Below, one piece after another: positions 1 through 22,086 of a stretch of 64,000 nt of DNA; within the stretch, counting starts at the first letter, position 1; the number at the start of each line of letters is the position of its first letter. The notes under the pieces are model-generated. The model ran no database searches. It saw only the letters and a program-made list of their open reading frames with translations, and was not told where the DNA came from. Position numbers and translations under genes: made by a program. Source of the stretch: Amoebidium appalachense (taxonomy: Eukaryota; Protista; Ichthyosporea); the NCBI GenBank assembly GCA_963693365.1, contig CAVNZM010000008.1, forward strand, positions 4,860,310 through 4,924,309. The letters are read 5' to 3'.

Positions 1-299
1 TGCTGAATGCATCTAGTGCATGCATGTATGGTGTCGCCAGGATGCGTGTTTTCGTCCCTGCGTGTGTTTGTCTTGTGTCCGTATGCCCACATGGGCACGA
101 ACGTGCAAGCGGGTGGCCTGCTTATGCACATGTGTGCCCGTGAAAGTGCCAGTGTGCCTGCTCGGTGCGTAAACACACAGGCATATGCGCTTGATGTCTG
201 TGTGTGTGTGCATGTGTGTGTGTGCAGTCCGGTCGTGTGTGTGTGCAGTGCATGTGTGCGTATGCCCATAAGACTCCTCTCTCATCTCCCACTCACCCT

Positions 300-376
<77 letters not shown>

Positions 377-572
377 CGCCCTCCTCTCCACTCACCCTCT
401 TCTCCCCCGCCCCTACCCGTGTGTGTCGACAAGACTTCCTTTCCGTGTGGGTCCCTCCATGTGTTTCGAGAGCGCGCATGTGTGTGTGTGTGTGTGCGCG
501 CGCGCGCACGCGCGGGCGGTTGTGCACCATTACTTGATTGTGCCTGCATACATGCAAAAGCACCCTACGCAC

Positions 573-968
573 CTGCCATAGTCGTGGGGCACTGTTTCCT
601 TGCACGGCCCATCTATCTTGAACTCCAGCATCAGATACCGGAACCATTCATCTGTGAAACATACAAAAATCATGTTAGCCTTTTCTGCAAAAAAGGAAGG
701 GTAGGAAGAAAGAGATCGAGAGAGAGAGAGAGAGAGGCAGAGAACAAAGAACACACAGAGTATGAGGTACACATTAGCGAAGGACACCACGATGCAGATC
801 TGCAAAACAAAGAGAATTTTCACCCTAGGCAGACCCCATGCTCTGGGGGGACCTAGGTTCCGGGTTGAGAAGGGAAGAGGAGGAGGGGGAGGGGGGGGGG
901 GGGGGGGTGGGCGGGAAGAATGCGCTACAGACTACGAAGTACACAATCTTTTCGAAGGTGGTGGTGGT

Positions 969-1050
<82 letters not shown>

Positions 1051-1418
1051 GCCAGGGCTGTACGCACATGTTATGGGTATTGGGGGCACAAACTGTCCGT
1101 CAAACATTGCGCCCGTAGCCCGCCACCTAGGAACATACTTCTCCCCAGGGTGCACAAACGCGCACGCCCTGAGCGTACATTTCGAGCCTTTTTCGCAGTC
1201 TTTGGTCTTGAAAACGTCCGGGTGGAACATGAAATCCACGGTCGTTTTATCCGGGACGGTGTCAGGGTTGTAAACCCAGGGGGGGAACTCCTGGCCGTTC
1301 ACCCTCACCTCCCTCCTCGTCCCCTTTGGGTTGTAGTTGAACATAATTTCGTTGAGTTCGCGGGTTATCTCTTCCGTGCTTTTGTTGGTGAAGTCTCGGG
1401 GAGAGTAAGAGTTGCCGG

Positions 1419-1469
<51 letters not shown>

Positions 1470-1673
1470 TGGGGGGGGGGGGGGAGGTTATAATGTGTAG
1501 CAGGCAATGAAGTATACGTTGATAACGAGACGACAAATGCAGAGTCAAATGCAGAGTCAAAAGCAAAGCTCACAGAGTATGCATAATCAGCAAAGCATAT
1601 CCTCTTTGGGGGAGGGGAGACGGGAGAGAGAGGAGAAAGAGGGGGCGGAGAAAGAGAGAGAGAGAGAGAGAGG

Positions 1674-1721
<48 letters not shown>

Positions 1722-2390
1722 AGAATGGGGGGGAAGGGGAAGGGGGAGAGGGAGAGGGGGGGGGGGGGGGGGGGAGAGAGAGAGAGAGACAGAGAGAGAG
1801 GGAGAGAGGAGAGAGAGAGAGAGAGAGAGAGAACGAGAGAGAGTGAGAGAGTGAGAGAGAGAGTGAGAGAGAAAGAGAGTTAAAAAAAAAGGGGGGGGGG
1901 CAGTCTAGATGATGAAAACGGATAGATGCATGAAGAAGGCAGGGGTGTGTGCGCATGTGGGTTTCATTGTGTGTGTGTGAGGGAGAGAGAGAGTGTGTGT
2001 GTGCGTGCATGTACGTGTGTGTGTGCGTGCATGTACGTGTGTGTGTCTGTACGTGCATATGTGTCGAGGTTTGAATGCGGACAACCCCCATCCACAACCA
2101 TCCCCGCTCTCCCCCTCTCCACCCCCCCCACACAATCACTCCCCATTCCCCAAGTATGCTGTGCGAACTCCCTATTTGTGTGTACAGAATAAGGCATTGG
2201 TGTGTGTGTGTGTGTTGTGTGTGTGTGCGCGCGCATTGGAAAGCTCAATTTAGTGGGGTCACAAAACAATTTTCAACTTCTCAACACACTTAAAGGGTGG
2301 TGGTTCAGTGGTTGTATTTGTGCGAGCGCCTACTTGCTGCGCATGTGTGCATGTGTGCGCGTGTGTGTGCACGCGTGTGACCGTGCGCGC

Positions 2391-2475
<85 letters not shown>

Positions 2476-2699
2476 CGTGCCTGCATCTGTGCATTCACAT
2501 TAGAGCGCAATCAGGGTCTGCATTTTTGTAAGCGAGTTTCCGTGTTTGTGTTTGTGCTACAGGCCGCACTAGGTCTCATGCCTGCATCTGTGCATTCACA
2601 TTTAGAGGGCAATCAGGGTCTGCATTTTGTAAAAGCGAGTATCCGTGTTTGTGTTTGTGCTACAGGCCGCACTGGGTCTCATGCCCACCAGCGGCCAGG

Positions 2700-2783
<84 letters not shown>

Positions 2784-2992
2784 TGCACACACACAGATGC
2801 ACACACACACATACAAGCACAACCGCACTCTTAGCTCGAGCATATACACACACCTTCCATTCACTCAAGCAAGTAGGAAACGCACACACACACACACACA
2901 CACACAGCACACATGCACACATGAGCACACATACAGATGCACAAACACACCCCCTGCTCAAGCAGACTGACACGCGGGTACGCACATGCACA

Positions 2993-3032
<40 letters not shown>

Positions 3033-3167
3033 ACCTTGCTCAAGCAGATGTGTACGTTCACACGTCCACCTCACTCAAGTATGTGGGCACACACACAGAA
3101 AAGCACACACGTGCGCATGCACACACACGCGCGCGCGCGCGCGCGTGCACACACACGCACACGCACG

Positions 3168-3253
<86 letters not shown>

Positions 3254-3492
3254 CTCTTTCGTCCAGGCCGACACACATACACACACGTTACCAAGCAAGT
3301 GAGCATGCACACACACGCACACACGCAGGTTGCTTGCTCCAGCACTAAGAACACATTATGAAACAAACCCCTGGTTCAAGTTGCCCCCCAAAAGGCCCCT
3401 GTTCAAGCAGACGTTTACACACACACACACACTCACTCACCTCCTGAGCCGGGTCCTCCCCTCCCCCTCTGAGCACCCCTTTGGGCGCTCAT
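573..3492 (-). CDS. CCCH/CHCH zinc-finger protein (Unkempt/TZF-like), 5' part; downstream exons unresolved
   Basis: Exons 3492-3441 ([17 protein letters not shown]), 1418-1068 and 651-573 join through GT-AG sites in matching phases. Contains [11 protein letters not shown]-x5-C-x4-CAFVH (Unkempt-like CCCH) followed by [14 protein letters not shown]...HD (TZF-like CHCH start). A probable 5'UTR acceptor lies at 3594. Confidence 0.7.
2478..2683. repeat. ~101-bp tandem duplication (2 copies) in intron
   Basis: tgcctgcatctgtgcattcacatt...gctacaggccgcact.ggtctca occurs at 2478 and 2579 with few substitutions. Confidence 0.9.
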
Positions 3493-3593
3493 GCTTAACT
3501 TACTTTGCAGCTACCCCGCCTATGGTGCACCATTACTACCAGCTTGGAAAAAAAAGGGCTAAATGCCCTCGCTTCCTTCTATATAACAGCCAC

Positions 3594-4416
3594 CTGTAAT
3601 CACTATGTAGGGATTGGTAGGAAGATCATGTTGGCAACCAAACTCAATAAGACGTGAAATGCACGAGTCAGACCTTGTGTGCCTGTGTGAAGCGAGCGGG
3701 ATGTGTCGTCACAGAGGGCCAAGAGTTATGGGATTTCTAGCCTCGGCTATTTTTAGAGCAAGTCTGGGTGAACGTTGCTCTGCACTGCTGCAGCTGCATG
3801 TATGTAGTTCATGTAGTTACCGATTTCGCTTCTGGAGACAGACATGTGGTCAGACCTATATGGAAAAAATATTTTTATTATGTTTTTTTTTCTTTCTTTT
3901 TTTTGTCCAATAACGGGTGTAGGCACAGTCAGAGTCTACGCACAGCTGTGACTGAGCTGTGAGACACCGACATCCGATTATGAATGCTGGTGCTAAATAT
4001 AGATTATGATTCAAACAGAAAGGAATGTATATGTTCTATTTGTAAAGCCTTTTGATTGGTTATTGCGCAATGAGATAAATTACTAAAGAATCTTCCTACA
4101 TTAGAGAAATGTTGTTCCTATTGGTCAAGAAGAGGAAAAACAAACAGAAGGATTGAGCCAATAGGGCTCCTTTTTTTGTCCGGTACCTTTTTGTTCCTTT
4201 GAAGTGCATCACGGCCCTCTTTTTTCAGAGGGCTGTGGTTTGCACACAAAGCTGCCACTTCATCCAGCTGCAGAGGGTTTCACGCGCTTGATACAAAAAG
4301 CTTTACTTTGAGGGAAAAATTTGAGGCGAATTCACACTTTACCGCCGTTCATCGTTGACGTTTTCTCTTGACGCTTACAAGTTGAACACTACAAGCCTGA
4401 GAGAATCTAAAGCAAG
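3594..4416. promoter_or_regulatory. Divergent intergenic/promoter region between the zinc-finger gene and the LtrA-family gene
   Basis: Head-to-head starts at 3492(-) and 4417(+). The region is free of microsatellites and has CCAAT/ATTGG boxes near 4055, 4120 and 4158. Confidence 0.5.
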
Positions 4417-15220
<10,804 letters not shown>

Positions 15221-16188
15221 TATGGCAAATATATGCCACGATTAGCGAATAGTGAAACAATCATATGGTGTGTTTTTTCGCAAGGAATATTGAACCCTCG
15301 AAGTTTTGTGTTGGTTGCAGTGTGGATTCAACGGTACACATTTATCCCCTGGTTTCAGGTTAGTGATAGTACATAGCCATAATGTGAGGATGCATGCAAT
15401 TGTGGTGCAATGCATATGTCATCTAAAAATTGGGTGTGTTGGGATGTGGACTTTAGCAGTAGCTGTTCGGGATTGACTAGCACTCCGGGAGGAAAGGGGT
15501 GGGGGGAGGGGGGGAGGGGTCCTTCCCGTTTTTCCTAACGGGTATGTATGTATAAGGATGATTTATTTTTTTTAAAAAAGAAAAAAGGTGCCTGCCGTTC
15601 TTAGGTTGTGATGGAGCCATGGTGATGTAATTGGGTTGATCTAACCTAAATAGAGAACATTAATTAACGGTACCGGAGACTGGAGGTTGTCTATATAGCG
15701 CTGGTTTGGGTGATGCTAACAACGCTGCCTGAGTTTTTCAAAGAGTTGTAATCGATGTGTGAGGGTCAGACTCCAGGAAAGGGTGTAATCGTGCGATAAA
15801 GTAAGATATTGATAGATCTACATTGTGAAATTCACACCAGCTGATACCGGTGGATATGTGCATTTTTAGGGTGGTAATAATGTGTGACAAATCATGCAAT
15901 ACTACGCGGCGTGTGCGAGATGCGCATGCATATATGGGCTGAAGATCTGAACATCGACGGAATAAAGACATATCAGCACCTGTATATGTACACACATGCA
16001 TGTATACGTACGCTACTCCGATCAAGGCGGCGTGTCTGACCAGGCGGAAGAAGGGATCTACAGTACCTTGAAAGGTTACTTGTGTGCGTGTGTTCTGTGT
16101 GTGTGTGTGTGTGTGTATGTGTGTGTGTGTGTGTGTGTTTCGTGTGTGTGTGTGTGTCCGGGGGGGGGGGGAGGGGGGGAGAGAGAAT

Positions 16189-16233
<45 letters not shown>

Positions 16234-17234
16234 TCAATGGATCCGGAGGTACTCGTGCTGCGACTCGCACGCGTACGCGCACAATGCTATCGATATGGCT
16301 TCGACTATGTTACATTCATTAAAAAAAAAGCACCTAGCGGTGGCCTTGATCTAGCCTGTCCCAAATACTACAAATACAAATACAAATACTTTGATTCTCA
16401 CCAAGAACATAAATATTTCACAACCTTATTTGCATGCGGATAATGATCAGCGCAAGTACAATACGTGCACACCACGGTAAACTATTGTCGCCTAATGTAG
16501 TGTGGGTGGTTACTGGCTCTCTCTGAGCAGGGGTCAAATCTTTTTTTATTATTATATATATATATATATATCTTTTATAGCTTTTCTAAGTAAACCAAGG
16601 CCTCCATGGATGATGCATCTATCGTTGTAGGGAGGTTTTGGGTTTACTCCAGGGCACATGGTTACTTATAGGAGACCTTGGTAAACGCACAACATTAAAT
16701 TTCATAAATTCTCTCGTCTGAAATCTATTAATAGTCTCCCTAATTAGGCAGGAGCTATTTTTAGGCACTGGGGGCAATGTGTGCGGCCCGCGCCCCAACT
16801 TGAAAAACTGCACGGAACATAAGCAGCGAGCAGTTATACGTGCGTATGGTGCTTACGAGAAGCATGTCCAAGCGAAGGAAAAAGGAATGTTAGCCAATAA
16901 TGTATGCTGGGCCTAGGTAAACGCAACGAAAACTTTGGGAAGAAACTACAACTTGTTGCAGGGGCAAGTAATTTTTTCTACGTCTTGTTTGATACACACA
17001 ACACAAGAACATGAACCCCCTACAACTTGCAACGAATGAACACCGACGTCTAACGAATGTCAGCGTATGAAATTTTTAATATGCTCCTTTTTAAACATAC
17101 GGTTGTTGAAAACCAACCCTTTCGCATGTGCATGGCTTCGGAATAACATCACTTTTCTTAGTCCCTCTTCTGCGGGTTCCAAGAAATAACCACAGTGTTT
17201 CTGTTCCAACTCTTTTCCCGTTTCCTTTCTTTTA

Positions 17235-17272
17235 GTCAGGGAGAGACTCTGCGGTCAGGGAGAGACTCTGCG
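17235..17272 (+). repeat. Perfect 19-bp direct repeat just upstream of the THAP gene ATG
   Basis: gtcagggagagactctgcg occurs twice in tandem. Confidence 0.9.
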
Positions 17273-17289
17273 CCCATAACACCACAACA

Positions 17290-18574
17290 ATGCGCTGCTG
17301 CGCCAACTTCTGCAAAGCGCCACGAACGGCCGAAAACCCTCATGTTCCTCTCCCAAGAGACCACGAGCATAAGGCACAGGTTCTTCACGACCTGGGCCGA
17401 CCAGAATCACACATTCCAGAACTTCTAATCAAAGAGTTGAGCTTTTGTCGTAGGCACATTCATCCAGACAACTTGGTGAAGGTGAACAGGGGATGGAACC
17501 TGAAACCCGGGGCAAGACCTTTTACGCGCGAGGAGGAAAAGGAGTATTGGGGCGAGCAATTACCTGCCATTCACACAGGGTTTGTGGAGCCTGCAACGGA
17601 GACATATCGACCGAAGATGTTGAGGAAAACACCTATGCGGCGGACGAAGAAAATTAAGCTGGAATCGGAGGGAGGGGATGTTTCGGAGGGGCATGGATTA
17701 CTACCGGGTTCCAATGTTGTTCCCTACACGGAAGACCACACGTACATTGAAGGGGGGATAACGGTGGAGGGGAACGGGGAGGAACACGGGGAGGATCTGA
17801 CCCACCTGACCCACGCGCACACGCACGCACATACGCACGAACATGAGACAACGCTCATGCACGTAGACGAGCACAACACTGTAAACGAACAGCAGTTTGA
17901 TCTTCAGCATTACCCTTCGGAGCTGCACACGTACGCGGAGACAGACGACCAAGGGCACGTGCACGTGCACGTGCACGAGAACATGCACGTGATTCAAGAG
18001 CACGACGTGGAACATGTTCTGAATCATGAGCAGGTGATAGAGCAGCAATTGGGGCAGGTACAAAGCGAGGATGACGGGACAGGCATGTTAGTTGAGCAGG
18101 AGGGCACTACGGAGGAGCAACACGGTAGCGGTGGAGGGGGGGAAGGGGGCGAGGTGGAAGGAATTGGAGCGGGCGGAGGAGAGGGGGGTGGGGAGGAGGT
18201 GGTGGTAGAGGTAGAGGGAACAGCTGTGGAGATGAACGAAAACGCGGGGGATGGGGGGGGGGAGAACCAAGAGGTGCAGCATGAGTTGTTGGCGCATGAA
18301 CATGAGTTGCAGCAACAGGAATTACATCACCAACACCAGTTGCAACTGCAAGGGTTGGCGGCCGCCCACGCGTACCAGGCCATGTGCTACGCCACGCCGC
18401 ATCCGGCGCTCCTTCTCCCCGCGGACATCGATTCATGTCATGTCATGATCATTGATTTGTGGAACAGGAATAGGGCGTATGAGCTGGAATTGGCGAAGTT
18501 GAAAGGGCACGTACACAAAACGGTTTTGAGGGAAAGATTGCTACGGAGGCAGGCCGAAAAAACACGACAGGAAA

Positions 18575-18605
<31 letters not shown>

Positions 18606-18696
18606 TGGGAGCACGGAGGAACATGAGGTCACGGCGGAGAATGAGGAATCCGATGTGCAACAACATGAAGTGACGGAACGATGTTTAGATGATTAA
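17290..18696 (+). CDS. THAP-type C2CH zinc-finger protein with acidic/His-rich linker and C-terminal coiled coil; single exon, 468 aa
   Basis: Long non-repeat ORF. N-terminal MRCCANFC...PLPRD...FCRRHI...LKPGARP matches THAP C2CH spacing and the AVP box. DHTY fits the [DE]HxY motif. ELELAKLKGHVHKTVLRERLLRRQAEK looks like a coiled coil. Confidence 0.78.
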
Positions 18697-19131
18697 TGTT
18701 GGGAGGTAACGTTTGTAAATGGGTTTTTTTGTGGGAATATGTGTGCGAATGTCGAGTTAAATGATGAGAGGACATTTCATCGGACGCTCAGTTATTTTCA
18801 AAGGTCGCTGATGCATTTTGGTGTGTGGCTGTTTCCGAATGTGTTACGTGGGCTGCGGTGTGTACTAGTGCGGATGTTTAGTTTGCTATTGATTGCGCGG
18901 CTGGAACAGAATGCCTAGTTACTCTTACGTGTAAGGGGGTACCTGGTATGTGCGAGTGTATGTATGGGCTCACACACACACACACACACACACACACATG
19001 ATACTTGCACGCACGGGCACGAGGCGAGCACTCATACACACAAGCCACACACACACACACACACACACACATGCACTTCAGGGCAGGTGCAAACACACCA
19101 AAGTTTAAGTTCTTTGACCATGCTACATGGC

Positions 19132-19168
<37 letters not shown>

Positions 19169-19173
19169 GACCA

Positions 19174-19225
<52 letters not shown>

Positions 19226-19226
19226 T

Positions 19227-19267
<41 letters not shown>

Positions 19268-19705
19268 CTGCCTGAATGTGTTCCTACGGTTTCCTTTTAA
19301 AGGGACTTGGGTGTTTTAGTTTTGTCTCGTATCCACGTCCGACCCCAACACAGGCCCCACATAAATGTGATCTCTGTTTTTGAAAATCGCGCAATTTCTT
19401 TTTATGGAAATGTTTGAGAGATGCGAGTTACACTTTCTCGCGTACAAACACTCACATGTAATTACACAAATGTAAATTCACGACATATTTCAATATTAAC
19501 AAATTTCACGGGGATAGCATTATAATTGTCCTGCAGTGCAACGTATGAATGAAGAAAATTGGATTTGGCAGCCCGTTCATACTGCTACATATGCGCCCAT
19601 TTCAGTCAATATGATCAACCCTGACTCGAGCTCTTAGGCGTTTAGTAACAGCCCCCCTCCCCCCCCCCCCCCCCCCCCCCCCTCCCCCCCCTCCCCCTCC
19701 TCCCC

Positions 19706-19852
19706 CTGTCCGAGTTAGAGAGTCATATACGCGGGCCCAGATAGCTATGGCCGAAGCTCAGACGCAATTGATGAGTTGGGTCCGGGCCCGGGGCTCCCTG
19801 AGGATGGGCTGAATGTTTGCCTTTGCATGTGTCCTGCACTATGCTTCTCATT
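19706..19852 (+). mobile_element. Second long copy of the hammerhead-like dispersed repeat
   Basis: Aligns by eye with 11602-11775 (gagtcatata..cgcgggc, ctcagacgcaattgatga.ttgggtcc, ccctgaggatgggct, gaatgtttgcctttgcatgtgtcctgcac). Confidence 0.75.
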
Positions 19853-20126
19853 GTGTTTATATATACGTATGGGGTTTTACGCTGTTTACTCGAGGCAAAG
19901 AGAGACCAGTCTCTGGTATGGGGGTTTTTGCTCGGAATATGTCCTCAGCGGTATATCATGATCAAGTACATAGATGTCGGGTGTTGATATATATATATCA
20001 GGGTTTTCTTACTTTACGAAGCACCATAAAGACTAAGAAAATCATTTAGTAGGGTTCCCCGTTTGTTTTTTGTTTTTTTTTGTTTTTTTTTGGGCTCCCC
20101 TAGGCCTGGGACACTCGGTATCAGCT

Positions 20127-20127
<1 letters not shown>

Positions 20128-20200
<73 letters not shown>

Positions 20201-20700
20201 CGTGCGCGCTAGAATTTTGTAATGATGTGTTTCTCAAGCCAATCAATACATCTAATAAACAGGTCATAGTTACGTGTGTTTAGTATAAAATCAAGGATGT
20301 TGTAATTTTCAGGTAGGCTATCGTTCTGGGTGTCTGTTGTGAATGTGCCGTGTGTGTGCTGCGGTATTCTGTGGATTATCAAACTACATTTGGCAATACA
20401 TGACCGTTTAAACTGGTGTGTGCGTGTGTTGTTTGGGCATGCGATACGATGCCACCTTATACTTATTAGATCTCCACTGTAAAGCACGTGTACAGTAAAA
20501 GCCTGCCAGAGCTGGTCAATGATACCATCAGCTAGAGAAAGACCAATTCTACAGGAAGGTAATATGTATTAAGGTGTTACACATTTGCGAGTGCCATATT
20601 TGGCAATATGGTTAAGGCGGTCATTATATATAAAACGAGACATAAGGCTTAGTTTTACAAATGAGCTTGAAAAGTTCGTACCATGTTCTGCATTCGAACA
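20128..20700 (-). mobile_element. Degenerate 3' end of a non-LTR retrotransposon ORF2 with a (CA)n tail
   Basis: Minus-strand frames, broken by a stop and a frameshift, read ILPSCR..L..D.I / RALQWRSNKY / CP...F.R.CIAKC / NYNILDFILN. This resembles the C-terminal Cys-rich region of LINE RTs. The stop at 20209 is followed almost directly by (CA)n. Confidence 0.5.
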
Positions 20701-22086
20701 GTCACGTGCACCCGCCCCCCCCCCCCCCCCCCCCCATGCACACACACAAACACACACACACACACACACGCACGGTGTTCAACGGCGACTGCCGCATGCA
20801 CGTGCACGTACGCATACGCTTGTAGTAAGAAAAAGAAAGAAGGAAGGAAGGGGCGGAGGGGGGGAGGGGAGGGGGGGGGAGAAGAAAAGATTCGCTGATC
20901 GATTGGAAGTTCATGATCATTTGAATCGTGAAGAAAAAGATATCACCGATCGCGCCAAATAAAAAGGAAGGAGTAGTGCTTGCAAGCTTGCGATCACAAT
21001 TGGTTGTGGGGGGGGGGAGGGAGGGGGAGGGGGTTGTAGAAAGCAGTCTGCCAGTAGTACAGCTGACTGCAACCAAGTCTGACTCAGTATACGTAACTAG
21101 TTTGAGCGGACAAAATCATGTAGAGTGATAGCCATACAAAGAGTACGCACACACATGGCATTGCGCACATGATAGGGGGAGGGGGGGGGGGGGGGGGGGG
21201 CACTATCATATCCACTGAGTCCACGTCACATCCATGGTATACATGTGTCCGAATCCGACGAAGTTCGAAACCCAAAATGCCATATCACGGTACAACCGGT
21301 TACTCAAGCCTTCTGCTCCCGACTGGAAGTCTGAAACCCAGGGTCGCACGTCTTGATCAGATAAGCAGGCCCTTACTTATGCGACCTGGGGCCCGAGGCA
21401 GTGCGCAAAAGCCTCCCAAGAAAAAGATAGGAACTCGGGGGGAGCGCTAGCGGGGACTCGATCGCGAGAGGAGCTGGCCATGGGAGGGGGGTTTTCCGAT
21501 ATACGTAAGCAAGTTTCCGGGCATCGATCGAAAGTCTTTAGGGGATTGACATCTGATTCATTGCGAAGCAGGTGACTAATGGAGGGAAGTGGAAAGGTGG
21601 GTGTAAGGGGCTGCAGCGAATGAGACAAGTGTGGTGCAGTGTGTGGGGTGCCACACACACAGGTACATGATTAGTACATGTGGCACATGAGGGCACCCCC
21701 GTCTAGAAAACACCAGAAAGTCCACAATGAAAACATCAAAAGGCAATGCCTCGACCAAAGTTTTATGCCGAATGCCGCTGCAGGGAGGCGATTGCGAAGT
21801 TAAGTCACTTGAACAGAGCCCATCATCGGGGGGAGGGGGGGGGGGGGGGGGGGGTCATCAAAAGTATAATTTCACAGAGGCCGGACAAGTTCCACTCTTT
21901 CAAATCTAGCGTCCCAAGCCTGCGTGTGGTTGACCAAGCCCTCCTTTGCTTCAATGTCAACAGGCAAGTCGGTCTTCGCCAAAGCCGTGGTGGTGGTGGT
22001 GATGGTGGGGGGAACGGGAGGGGGGGGTTCCAAAAGAAACTTTAGGAGGGACACCACTGAAAATTAGGCGAGGGGGGCGCCTTTAT

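Noticed and set aside
1-572. Further exons of the zinc-finger gene (e.g. near 414-470, 130-197, 1-57)
   Set aside because: None gave a convincing in-phase continuation of the expected C..H motif, so they were left unannotated.
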